A stretch of 64,000 nucleotides of DNA. Source: the human T2T-CHM13v2.0 reference genome, Homo sapiens. Every line of letters begins with the position of its first letter. The first letter of the stretch is position 1. Below are positions 1 through 14,178 of this stretch, one piece after another. The stretch lies in assembly GCF_009914755.1 (NCBI RefSeq), contig NC_060927.1; one strand, written 5' to 3'. A program made the translations under genes and the position numbers. The notes beneath the pieces were generated by a model. That model was not told where the DNA came from. It searched no databases and worked only from the letters and a program-made list of their open reading frames with translations.

Positions 1-671
1 AAGCTACCATAAATTATGAAATGAATCACTTGCCTGATAACTTTCTGATAGATGATTATAGCAAAATAACATTTTCAGGCTAAAGAATAAAAGAGTTTGA
101 TGGAGTTCTTTATAATTAGGTTGTTACTGGCTTATATATTTTTTACATAATTACATACAAAACAATATTGATATAGGCATTCCTTAAGGATTTTGTTTAA
201 ATCTGAAATATGTGGTTGTGTGGATAAATATATAGGTATTCTTATTCTTCAGGTTCTCTGTTAGCTGTTTTTCTTTTTTTTCAGTCGCATGAATTTAAAT
301 GACATTTGAGTTATATAGAAGTTTGAAATCGATAGAAGCGTTTAGTAATCCTTGAGTGATGTTTTACCAGACAAGTAAATTGAATCTGGTCATTTTTTTC
401 CTCAGAAGATAATAATTGTGATGAAAGAAGGGTTAGAGAATCAATACATGTAAGGTAGCCAACTAGATTGAAAGAGTAATTATTGATTAAAATTTAGCAG
501 TAGATAGCACTTCTCTGAATTCTCTCCTAAGATTAAAGAGAAAATTAGAGTGAAGTGCAGCATGTTTTTAAATAATCTAGTCGCACGAGACATTTTCGCC
601 AGGGTTCTATTCTCTCTGTATTTTGAGAAAACGAGGAGGCATGCAAAATATTTACCTACCAAATTATTATT

Positions 672-829
672 AGAGATGAGGTCTCCCTGTGTTGCCCAGG
701 CAGGAGCGTGGTGGCTATTCATGGGCATAATCATAGCTCACTGTATTCTCAAATTCCTGGGCTCAAGCGATCCTCCTGCCTCAGCCTCCCAGGTAGCTGG
801 GATTACAGGTACATACCACCATGCCCGGC
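672..829 (-). mobile_element. Fossil Alu monomer (FAM)
   Basis: Single Alu monomer keeping the 7SL-derived segment gtggctattcatggg (FAM/7SL ggctattcacagg), which dimeric Alus lack. Confidence 0.75.
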
Positions 830-2494
830 TCTACTTACTGAATTTTATAAAAATCCTGAAACAAGAATTAAGAAGAGTTTTGACAATTGGCCTTTTTACT
901 TTCCTACATTACTTGTGAACTTTTTCCCATGACTTAGGGAAGGCCACCTTTATATCCAGAAAGAAATCCCACGTTATTGGATATTCTTTTGGTACTACTT
1001 GGTTTCTCTACTGGCACATCTCTGTGCCCTTTTGGGTGACGTCTTCTTAGGTAATTTGCAGATTAGAACTTCAGGGTCTTTGGGCTTCTTTAATGTCTTT
1101 GGGCTGATCATGAAGTATAGTATTACTATTTATAGTAATGTACTTGTCTAGTGTAAATTAATTTTTAATAATTAACCTGTGCTAGTTAATTTGAAAATAG
1201 GTATTGGATTTATCATTAAAGTATTTCATTTTTCAAGTTAACTCCTGGGATGGTTTTATGGTGAGCGGTAAGTAAAGCAGATAGTATTTGCTAGGTACCA
1301 AGCTTTGTAGCATTGCACATTTTGTAAACTCGAAGGATGGAAACAATCAGTTTGAAGTTCAATTGTATGTTTGAATAATACTGATGATCTTTTTTTCCTT
1401 TGTCATGAAATGTATAGTTTAAAAATGTGTATTTTTACTTTTTGAATAGGTAATGTATTTACATGGTTCTGATTTCAAAATATAGCAAAAAATAGCAATT
1501 TAGTTAAAAAATTACTATGTAGGAAAGTTTCCTCTTTATAATGCCTCTGCCTGCCTGCTGTAAACTGACTTTGACTCACATCTTTAAATGATGCCTTTAG
1601 ATCTGGGTGATCTTTTCGTATCAGAACAAACGTTATGTTTTTGTCTTTTTCACTAGTAAGTAGTGCATCTGTATTGACATTTTTGAGACCCACATTTTGA
1701 AACAACTAATGATCCTTGTGAATCTAGATCTGTATTTTAATAATCACACATGTAAGGATTCATATGTATTAGCCTTTCTTTGATGCTCTTCGTGTTCATA
1801 TTTTGTCAATTTCTGTTTTCTTTGACTAAGGTGTAACGAGTTTAAAAATATTCTACATATTTGTCACTATAATCATGAGGTACAGAGTTAGTTCTTAATC
1901 AGTTTTTTCCCCCCAAAATCCATTTAGCAGAAATTAATCAGTTTTTAAAGTACAGCTTCCCCAAAGCAACATGGTATCTCTTGGGAGATGACTAGTTTGG
2001 GCCAGATTTTAATTTCCTTTAGGAATTTAGCTCTTAAAAAAAATCAATTTATTCACTTGATTTAAAAATTATCAAGGAATTTTCAAATACATTTAAAGCA
2101 AAGAGAATACTGTATGAGTCCTTAGATGTGTGATTATTAAAATACAGATCCAGATTCACAGAGATTATAAGCTGTTTCAAAATTCCAGTCTGAAAGGAGT
2201 CAATTCGGATTCACTGCTTATTAGTTAAGACAACAATATAACATTTGGTCTGACGTGAAAAGATAAATCGTTAAAAAAAGTACAGAATAGTGCATATTGT
2301 ACATCATCTTTTCTTTTTAAAGAAAATGAGACTATATGTTCATACATGCTTATATATGTTTAAAGTAACTTTGGAAGGATACAGCAAGAAACCAATAAAA
2401 GTGGTTTACCTGAGTTATTAGGAACAAGATTGGAAGGAGACTTTGAGCTCTTTACCTTTTTTCTGAAGTTTAGTTGTTGTTCTTGTTGGCTATT

Positions 2495-2780
2495 TATTTT
2501 TAAGAGACAGGGTCTTGCTCTGTCACCTGTGCTGGAGTGCAGTGGTGGGATCACATCTCACTGAACCCTTGAACTCCTAGGCTCAAGTTATCCTTGTTCC
2601 TCAGCCTTCCAAGTAGCTGGACCTACAGGCATGTGCCACCATGCCCAGCTTAATTTTTTATTTTTTGTAGTGATGATGTCTCACTGTGTTGCACAGGCTG
2701 GTATTGAACTCCTGGCCTCAAGTGATCCTCCCACCTCTGCCTCCCATACTGCTGGGAGGCATGAGCCACCACATCTGGAC
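2495..2780 (-). mobile_element. AluJ-like SINE
   Basis: Diverged dimeric Alu, gagacagggtcttgctctgtc...gagccacc. Confidence 0.9.
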
Positions 2781-3113
2781 TTTTTTTTTTTTTTTTTTTT
2801 TTTAGCTTTTTGAACCATGTGAGTACTATATTAACAATGAATTTAAATTTTGTTTAAAAATTTTTTTATTAAAAATTGATTTAAAAAGAAAATATAAAAT
2901 TTACAACTTAAAAATATAGCACAATAATGGCTATTTTCCCAGGAAAACTTGTAGATTTAGGCTGACGGTCCTTTGTGCCGCAGAAGTTGTGGACTGAAAG
3001 GAATGAGAAATGTGCTTTAAAGACTGTCTTCCTATCTTCGCCCCCAAGTGGCCGAGAGCTTATTTTGTTGTAACCTTTTTTTTTTCTTTTTCTTCCCTCT
3101 TTTTTTTTCAAAG

Positions 3114-3270
3114 GCTGGTGGGGTAGCAGGTGTTTCTGTTGACTTGATATTATTTCCTCTGGATACCATTAAAACCAGGCTGCAGAGTCCCCAAGGATTT
3201 AGTAAGGCTGGTGGTTTTCATGGAATATATGCTGGCGTTCCTTCTGCTGCTATTGGATCCTTTCCTAATG
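3114..3270 (+). CDS. SLC25A26: SLC25A26 coding exon (second coding exon, aa ~12-64), 157 nt
   Basis: Long polypyrimidine tract then AG (3112-3113); donor G|gtaaaa at 3271. Translates [52 protein letters not shown], with carrier motif PxDxxKxR; matches the SAM carrier sequence as I recall it. Confidence 0.97.
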
Positions 3271-3404
3271 GTAAAAAATTATATTCTCACTTCTGTAAAG
3301 CCAAGATAAGATGGGATTTTCAGAATGGTGTGTGGTCTTACCCCCATAGAATTCCTTGTGTGTTGAAGCTTATCTTCTGAATTTCCTTCTTTAACCTGGT
3401 GTCA

Positions 3405-3710
3405 TTATTATTTTTTATTTATTTTAGTCACGGTCTCACTTTGTCGCCCAGGTGGGAATGCAGTGGTGAGATAATAGCTAACTGCAACCTTGACCTCCTG
3501 GGCTCAAGAAATCCTCTTGCCTCAGCCCCCTAAGTAGCTGGGACTACAGGCGTGCACCACCATGCCCAGCTAATTTTTGTACTTTTTGTAGAGAATGGGT
3601 TTTGCCATGTTGTCTAGGCTGGTCTTGAACTCCTAGGCTCAAGCAATCTGCCCATCTTGGGCTCCCCAAAGTGCTGGGATTATAGTCGGCATGAGCCACT
3701 GTGCTGGGCC
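3405..3710 (-). mobile_element. AluJ-like SINE
   Basis: Diverged dimeric Alu with T-rich tail on the left. Confidence 0.9.
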
Positions 3711-3865
3711 TAACCCATTATTTTTGAATCAGATAGTGTTATAGATTCCATTTCAATATATTTGTAGTAGGGAAAAAAAAAGCAATCTTTTAAAAATTGT
3801 TTCTGTTGTTAAAATTTCCAACTAGAATCCTTAAAGTGTTATTTTAATGCTGTGATTCTTCAGAA

Positions 3866-4035
3866 CAATCATTCTCAACTTTGCCTGCACATTAGAATCT
3901 ACTGGGAAGCCTTAAAAAATACTGATGTCCTGTGTCATCCTAGAAGTTTAATTGGTCTAGGCTTCGCCTGGGTATTAGGAGTTTTAATAACTTCCAAGGT
4001 GACTCCGCTGTGAAGCCAAGTTTGATAATAGCTGC
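3866..4035. mobile_element. MER5-family (hAT-Charlie) MITE
   Basis: ttctcaactttgcctgcacattagaatc...ccaagtttga, typical MER5 ends. Confidence 0.65.
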
Positions 4036-4892
4036 TTTGGAGCATCTTAGAGAGCAGGTGAACCTAAGAGGCATTACACATTTCTATCCTAATTAAATTG
4101 CTCTTACATGATGCAAGTGTTTCTCACTAATGTTCTCCTGGATACTGTCCTTCCAATGTCTTTTGTTTTGGTTCTGAAGTCATGTGACTTATGACGCTCT
4201 TACTCTTTAGTCAATGTAATCTGTTTTGTTTAATCTGCTTCTTGGTATACTGTTTGCAGATACTTATTTTAATTGTTTACTGTTGGATGCCTCTAGTGGC
4301 ATTTGAAAGTAAACTAAAGCAACAAAACAAAAAATCACCATATATAAGACACACCCACAAAACCACAGCTCTAGAAGATTCTTAAATTCTGGGGATTGCT
4401 TTTGTTTTTCGCAGGATGATTCATGAGAATTTTTTTCTCTTACGTTAACCTGACATTTAAATGTTCATTCTGTGAGCATAGCATTCACATAAAGGTTTGT
4501 AGTGCAAAGAGAAAAACAGTATTTCTGTTTCTTTTTTTCTCCTGCCCTTCCCCATCCCCCAGCCATCATTAGAATGGCAAACTGTTTTGGTCATCTTTCG
4601 ATTTTTGTGTATGTTAATACTCTGAGTAATTGTAACAAGTTGTTAAGTGAGCATCCACTCCATGCCAAGCATAGTTTTAAGTACGTGAGAGGGGCATGGG
4701 TTCCCCAATTTGTCCACTTTGGAATCACCTGATTACTGAAGAGCTTAAACAAATACAGTTGACCCTCGAACAATTTGGCAGTTAGGGGTGTCGATCCCCT
4801 GTGCAGTCAAAAATCAGAATATAACTTTTGACTCCCCCAAAACTTAACTACTGATAGCCTGCTGCTGTCTTAATGATAGCATAAACAGTTGA

Positions 4893-5233
<341 letters not shown>

Positions 5234-6864
5234 AAATGTTTTATATACTGTATTCTTACAATCAGGTAAGCCAGAGAAAAAATACTAAGAAAATCATAAG
5301 GAAGAGAAAACGTATATTCAGTAAGTGGAAGTGGATCATCATAAGGTCTTCATGTTGAGTAGGCTGAGGAGGAGGAGGAAAAAGAGGACTTGGTTTTGGT
5401 GTCTCGGGTGGCAGAGGCAGAAGAAGTAGAGGAGGTGGAAGGGGAGGCAAGAGAAGCAGGCTCACATAGTGTAACTTTATGGAAATTTATCATAGTTTCT
5501 GTCTCACCTTTTTGCTGTTTCATTTCTCTAAAAATGATTCTTTATGGTACCAATCCTTTCACCATTTGCTTTAGTTTCAATGCCCATATTGTATAGAAGG
5601 GTCCTTGTCATAAAGGAAGTCAAAAGCAGTCTTTAATAATCAGAACCTTTCTGCTCGATTGTCTGATGTCATTTTCTTTTCTGGCATTCCTTCTTCTACA
5701 TCTTCTCCCTTGTCATTTGACACTGGTTTGGAAGCACTCATCTCCACCAAGTTGTCTTCTGTTAATTCCTCTGGTGTGGTGTCTGTTAGCTCTTGAATTT
5801 AAGATCTATGTTTTGAAACCCTTCATCCCCAACCTTTTTTTTTTTTTGCCACATCCACAATCTCTTTTATGGTTTTCTTGATTGGCTCTGTCATGAATAC
5901 TGTGAAGGATTTGCCTACTTCTCTTCTTACTGATAAATGTCCTTGGTGACATTTTTCTTTTCCCAGAACAGGGCACTCTCATCTACATTAGAAATCTATT
6001 CAGGCAGATGTCCTTTCTGCTCAATAATTTACTTAATGGCAGCTGGGAACTTGTTTACTGACTCATGGATGGCAGAAGCTGCTTCTCCTGTTATCTTGAC
6101 ATTTTAAAGCCAAATCTTTTTCTAAAATTATCAAACCATCCTTGGCTGGCATTAACTTCTTCAGCTTTAGATCTTTCACCTTCCTTTTGTTTGATCTTGT
6201 CATGAAATGACTTTGCTGTTTCTCAAATCATTTTAGAGACAGTAAGTATGCCTTTATTATAGCAACCCTTTACCCACATGAAAGCTGCATTTTCAAAACA
6301 AGAAAAAAGGTACTTTGCAGGAAGTGTGAAGTTTTCATGCCTGCTGGCATAGCTGCAGCGATGGGTTAATGAGTTTCCTTTCTTTCTTTTTTTTTTTTTT
6401 TTTTTTTTTTAACAGTGGATTAAGCTGGATTCATTCATCTTGAAATGGCTGGCAGCCACAGCTTCAGGTTTCAGTCTGTGGTACCTAACAAGCAATTTGA
6501 CTCTCTCTTGTAATGTCATGACTCCTTTCTGCTTCTTAGGAGCTTTCTTGAAATGTCATCACTTCCAGCATCACTAGTGGCACTTCATCTGGGTCCTGTG
6601 GTGTTATTCAAAGTTTGTGGTATGGCACTAACCACGACAAAAAATACATAAGAACTGGGAGAGATCCTTTTGCTCTGTGATAGGCAATTTATTGCGGCCA
6701 TGAACTGCTCCTGTGGAGATAATTAGTGTCACGTGGCATTTTAAGTGGATACTCCGCAACACCTGAACTCACTATAATAGCAAGAGGAGGTGGCAAAGAG
6801 GTTACTACAGTAGTATAGTATGTGCTACAGTTAATTTTGTGCAGTTATGATTTAACACTATACA

Positions 6865-7146
6865 TTTTTTTCCCCCTGAGACCAGGTCTCACTCCGTTGC
6901 CCAGACTGGAGTGCAGTGGCATGACGTTGGCCCACTGCAACCTCAACCTCCCAGGCTCAGGTGATCCTCCCACCTCAGTCCCAAGTAGCTGGGATTACAG
7001 GTGTGGGCAACCACACCTGGCTAATTATTTATTTTTTTGTAGAGATGGACTTTCTCCATGTTGTCCAGTCTGGTCTTGAACTCCTGAGCTTAAGCCTCAG
7101 CCTCCCAAAGTGCTGGGATTACTGATGTGGGCCACTGTGCCTGGCC
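6865..7146 (-). mobile_element. AluJ-like SINE inside Tigger2
   Basis: Diverged dimeric Alu. Confidence 0.85.
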
Positions 7147-7258
7147 CATCTTTACATTTGTTTACATTTCTCTTAACTATGAATGATGTGCTATATGGTT
7201 TGTGTTTGTAAGTTTTGATGAATTTTAACTTTTTATATTTTATGTTAGTAAATGATAA

Positions 7259-7616
<358 letters not shown>

Positions 7617-9772
7617 ACCTTTTCTTAATTTTTTGGTATTTCTAGGCTATGTGGTTCATCTATAAGTTTGTTCAAATTATCACGAATCTCCAAAAATTTT
7701 TCCAGTATATTTATTGAAAAAAAGCCATGTGTAAGTGGACCTGTGCGTTTAAACCCGTGTTCAAGGATCACCTGTACTGCTGCTTGTCACCCAACCCTAC
7801 ACATTGTGACTTAATTGGTCTGAGGTGTGGATTGGGCATTGGATGTTATAAAAAAAATCCCAGGATGATTCTTAAATTCAGACAAGTTTGAGAACCTCTG
7901 AACTAGGGAATTGCAAAGAAACATGTCACAAAGTCCCTATCTTTTGGTCACCATTTTTTATGGTGTCTCTACACTCATTCTTCTAAAGATCCTTTTATCT
8001 TACATATTGCATAGAAAGATTATTTTGGGAAGATGTACAATTAGCTGTAGTGCGTAGGTTACATAGTGATGTCATTAAGATCACAGGTTTTACATTCTTC
8101 CCTCGGGAGTTTACATATATAATGTGGTTTTGAATTATTAGTATTATTTTTGCCATCCATGAAACTTCAGTGAATGGGAGATGCTAGGGAAAAGTCAGAG
8201 TACCAGGGTTCAAAAATAGCCTTGTTTTACTGCCAAGTTTGAAAGAATTGGACTTTTGTGTGTGGTGTCTTTTTTCTTTTGCTATTGGTTACGGTTTTAA
8301 TCTAAGTACAGAACTTCACTGTAGTTGATCATCAGTGGATGTGGATGTTTTTGTAAACCTATGCTGCAGGAGTGAGGGGTTGGGGTGGGGCTAGAGGGAA
8401 ACAAAGATGGAAAGAGGTGAAGAGAAGACCATGTTTAGGAGCCTTAGTCCCTATTTTGAAGGGAATGTAGAGAAAGCATAGCTTTTTTTTTTTTTAAAGA
8501 GCCAGAAGGAACTATAGGCATCAGCTAGCCCAGCCCCTATTCTTTGCTTTAACTTGTTCAGCCCCCAACTTGGAACCTGACTGTACTGACATTTGCAGTT
8601 AGTAGAGGCCTTCTTGGATGCCACCTGGAGGGTGGAGGGAGGTTTGGAACTTATATTCTTAAAGAACCTTTTATGTTACAAAAGAAGCCATAAAGTCAGA
8701 TGAAGTTGAGGTGGTTAACCATGAAATGGAGGAAGTTTTACCACTGTCTCTCTCCCTTTTCTTGGGGGTTAGGAGGGTAGGATGTAGAGTGGCAGAACTT
8801 AACAGCTGAATGCAATTAGAGGTATTATAGCTGCACATTTATTAAGTGGGCTGAAGTGGGAAAAATCACATGAAGAAACACAAATGGGAATAGACTTGTG
8901 TTAACCAGGTAAAACTACCTGAACTGGTCATTATTCATTCATGGACAGAGTGCCTCTTCATTTAGCCTAGTGTATATTTGTTAGCACGTGAAGATCCTTT
9001 ACAAGCTTTTGTTGACTTTGGAGAACTGATTTTCACCATCAAGCTGTTTTCCTTAGTGTTTCAGAGTTAGTGACATGTTCAGATGCCCTTCAGAAGATGA
9101 ATTTGTCATTCCTTTATCTCTTGTGCCTTATCTTTTATCCAACTGATAAACATTTTTTGGTTAACAGTACATAGAAAGTTTTAAAGCCGTCATATGCAGC
9201 TATGATTAGTTCATTGTGATAGGGGTAGCTTTTTAGAGGTTTTTAGAGATTTTAATTAAATGGCTGATTGTTTTCTTGATGTAAAAGTGAATTCATGCAG
9301 TAAAAAATAGCCATGATTATTTTGAGTAACCAGTAATAAAACATTATAGAATAGACATTTTCTTTAAAGTATGTTTGCAATTTTAACCTGTTTATTCATC
9401 AATGTAGTTGATTGTTTTATGGCCATCCATAATGATATTTTGGATCACAGAAATTCATATCCTTTTCTAAAGTTGACTTTAAAAATGTATAAGTAATTTG
9501 TCAGTACAACACGGTAAGTGCTAGATTAGCACTTGTGCTCCTTCAGGGTAGGTGTTATATTTTCTGCATTTTTGTAAGTCTAAGATCAGGCATATACCAT
9601 GGCGTCAGTAAACTCTGAAAGAGTGGGGGTAGGAAGAAAAGATATGTGCTTATCACCTTTTCTCTTATCTCATAATTTAATAATTATTGTCATACTTTTT
9701 GAGAAACATGTTTCTTAACAGTGTGAATATATGTTTAAACTTTGTGAAAGACTGGCTTGTTTTAAATTTCAG

Positions 9773-9882
9773 CTGCTGCATTTTTTATCACCTATGAATA
9801 TGTGAAGTGGTTTTTGCATGCTGATTCATCTTCATATTTGACACCTATGAAACATATGTTGGCTGCCTCTGCTGGAGAAGTG
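9773..9882 (+). CDS. SLC25A26: SLC25A26 coding exon (aa 64-100), 110 nt
   Basis: tttcag| acceptor, GTG|gtaagt donor. Phase 1 continues the previous exon: (A)[36 protein letters not shown]. Confidence 0.97.
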
Positions 9883-10175
9883 GTAAGTAACAAGTTTTGT
9901 GTATAAAATACTTCAGAAATGCACATCATGCATATATTTTCAGTACATATTTATTTCATTTTTTAAAAATTATTTTTAAATTATGAAAGTCATAAATGGC
10001 AATAAATGTAAATGGATTAAATATGACAGTTCGAAGATAGAGCCTGACAACTAAAAGACAGAGCCTTATATAGGACAGAAGAAGAATTCTAGCTATGTGT
10101 AATTTACAAGAGACAGATGTAAAACATAATTATATGGAAAAAAGACAAAGAGTGGAAGAAAATATCCATTCGAAT

Positions 10176-10744
10176 TGTGACAGCTTTGTATTGTGTCGGT
10201 ACAACTGAGCTGGAACTACTTTTCCGAGAATTTCCTTTCCGAAATAGTTTCAGTTTGGGTCAGCCACAAGAGAAATTTGCATGTTCTTTGTAAGGTAGAA
10301 GTGAAGAGCTGTATTTCTGCTCAGAAGGTTGGTATATGGTCAGGCACTGTTGCAGCTCACACACCCTGTCACTGACTTGGCTGTATCACCATGTTGACGT
10401 TTGGCTTCCAGCTCCTCCAGCTCCCACTGGTTCTTTTCCATCAGCTTCTCCAAATTCTAGGTCAGATTTGTGGGCTCTGTCATGAAGGGTGCCAGCTTAT
10501 ACTGCAAATTCTCTGTCACAGATTGGTGAGAAATAAATGTGACTTCCAGTCTGTCCTTGTTCTTCCCCAACTTCACATCCATCTTTCCTTCCCTGTTGCC
10601 TGCCCTTTGATTTCTATCCCAACACTAGATGGAGAAGCAACAGCCCTATACAAACTGCTTAATTAGCTCCCATAATTACTGGTCAAATCTCTATAATCCT
10701 TATCACTCATAGTGGTTTTGCTTCTGTGATGAAACCCTAATACT
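10176..10744 (+). mobile_element. MLT2-like (ERVL) solo LTR inserted in an old L1 fragment
   Basis: Starts tgtgacagctttgtattgtgtc...gctggaactac and ends aaaccctaatac. The flanks (~9985-10175, ~10745-11250) resemble decayed L1 ORF2 endonuclease sequence. Confidence 0.55.
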
Positions 10745-11260
10745 AATTGAAAAATAGTTTGTGGAATAATATTAATATTAGGAAAAAATACGTAAGGCAA
10801 AAAACAAAGAGACCAGTGCACAATGATACTGGAACAGTTCTTTCAGGAGATGTAACAAGCCCGAACCTGCACTGAATAACATAGTCTCAAAACATATAAA
10901 GCAAAAACTGACAGAATTTTATGGAGAAATGAAGAAAACTGTAGTCTTAGTTGGAGATAGTCACATCTCTCTCTCGAAGTAGGCATAAACTTACTAAGGC
11001 CATAGAAGATTTGAACAACACAATGACAAGATTGGTCTGTTGATACATGTAAAACTTTGCACCCAACAAGTAAAGAAGATAGACTTTTTCAAGCATAATT
11101 GGAACTTAATAACAATAGCCCACAGGGCCAGTTTTAGTGAATACTGCAGAGACATTGTCATTACAGATCATTAGTTGTGTCATTATAATGAAGTAAAATT
11201 GGCAACAGTGACAAAAAATAGGCAGTCTGTTCCTACCATGTGTTTAAAAACCAAACTCTT

Positions 11261-11790
<530 letters not shown>

Positions 11791-12369
11791 TAAACCGAAA
11801 TCGTAAACACAGTTATGATTAAAAAAAAAAAAAAAACAAAACCTCAAAACTAATGCAGAGGAGAAATGTATAATACAAATAAAAGTTTCTTCATTCCCCT
11901 CATTAACTTATCTTTCTCCCTACCCCTTCTGCACAATGCTGAGGGACAGCCTTTTATGTTGCTTATTAGTGTTATTTTCAAATCACACAGCCTGGTATTC
12001 ATGCAGTCTTATTAAACCCCCATCCTTGTGATGGGCATAATAGAAATGGACAACACAGTGAAGATAAAGGTCTTAAGTTTGTAAGCCTTTTATCAAATCA
12101 CACTTTTCTTTGTAATTAGAAAAGTAATGGCATATGTTTACATAGGAAACTTGGGAAATGAATTAACCTTTATAACATTTACATTAAAAATTGTGTTATA
12201 TTGTGAATTTGTTTTTGATGCACTTTTTTTCTTTAGGAAGTTTGAACAAGAATCTACAAACTGTTTAGTAACCTAATATTCCTTGTTTAAGAATAAGTGA
12301 ACTGGGGATATGGAAAGAGAGGTAACACAAAAGTAAAAGTTAACATGAAGAAGATTTTTTTTTAAAGAA

Positions 12370-12730
12370 ACCAGCTTTATTGAGATACAGTTCACATACC
12401 ATACAGTTCACCCCTTTAAAGTGTACAATTCAGTGGTTTACACCATATTCACAGAGTTGTACAACCTTTGCCAGCGTCCATTTTAAAACATCTCTCCCCA
12501 AAGGAAGCTCTTACCCATTGCAGTCACAATCCCCATTTCACCCCAACCCTCCCCACTCCTAGGCAACCACTGGTCTACTTTCTATCTCTATGAATTTGCC
12601 TATTTTGGACATTTGATATAAATGGAATCCTACAATATGTGGTCTTTTGTTACTGACTTTTTTCAGCTAGTGTAGTGTTTTCCAGGTTCATCCGTGTTGT
12701 AGCATCTGTTAGTAGTTGGTTTCTTTTTAA
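12370..12730 (-). mobile_element. L1MB-like 3' fragment
   Basis: agctttattgagata...ggcaaccact..tctactttct...aaatggaatc.tacaatatgt. Confidence 0.7.
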
Positions 12731-13386
12731 AATTAATTTAGGTGATTATGTCCTGACACACAGTCTCGTTACATGCAGTTAGTCTGGAGTATGTATACTT
12801 ACATTTGTTGGTACATTGTTGAGAGCAAGCAACAAAAAAAGAACCTGGCCACTTCATTTCACCTGGGGCCATCTTGCCTGAAAGTTATTTTGCCATGTTG
12901 AAGGGCAGGCTTTCCTCAGTTTATAAACTTTCAGTCCAAAAAAATAGAAAGTGATATAATAGGTAGGGCATATAGTAGCTATTAGATTTCTCATGTTAAT
13001 CATACATCTTTTTATTTGTAGAAAGTCGTTTATATTCTGATGCTCCTAGTATCTGTAACTAATATTTTTAAAAAATTGGAGCCTTGGAAAAGGCTCTAAG
13101 TTTCTAAGATTTACAAATATTATGTCATAACATTTGATATGTGGACTGTTAGGCATGGGAGGTGGGGTAGGTAGATTTTAGAATTAGGAAACAAGTATCC
13201 ATGAGACTGGAGATACAACAGATAAGGACATTCTTACCTACATTGTGTCTTTTGGGGGTTCTGTGGTCCCTGAGCTGGTAAGGCCAATTATCAAACACCT
13301 ATTTATAGTTGCTATGGAGCTGGGCTCTTGGTAATTTGCCCATGTTGGCTTCAGACTCTTGGCCTCAAGAGATCCTCAGTAGCTGA

Positions 13387-13732
<346 letters not shown>

Positions 13733-13822
13733 CCTAGAGAATCTTAAGAGGACAATTGGTCAGCAGTGGGTACATAGATTTAGGACTTTACACATGAAAT
13801 ACTTCTTGATGTTGGCTATTTA

Positions 13823-13880
13823 AATATAAATATAAATATATATATATATGCACACACACACACAAATGCACACACACATA
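13823..13880. repeat. Compound (TA)n(CA)n microsatellite
   Basis: Visible directly in the sequence. Confidence 0.85.
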
Positions 13881-13897
13881 TTTACAAATGAATGAAT

Positions 13898-14178
13898 GAT
13901 GGGGTCTCACTCTGTCAACCAGGCTGAAGAGCAGTGATGTGGTCATAGCTGCTGTAGCCTGTAACTTCTGGGCTCACGTGATCCTCTCACTTTAGCCTCC
14001 TGAGTAGCTGGGACTGTAGGCAGGTGCCACTATGCCTGGCTAATTTTTTAAAACAATTTTGTAAAGATGGGGTCTTACTATGTTGCCCAGGCTAGTCTTG
14101 AACTCCTGGCTTCAAGCAGTTCTTCCACTGTGGCCTTCCAAAGTGCTGTAATCCAGACATGAGACACTGCACCCTGCC
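13898..14178 (-). mobile_element. AluJ-like SINE
   Basis: Diverged dimeric Alu. Confidence 0.85.

Noticed and set aside
550-932. Alu-derived ORFs here and throughout (e.g. 11321, 19617, 48408, 61731)
   Set aside because: Standard Alu translation signatures ([22 protein letters not shown]); not genes.
3048-3380. ORFs 3048-3380 and 29784-30116 as standalone genes
   Set aside because: They are SLC25A26 exons read through into flanking intron.
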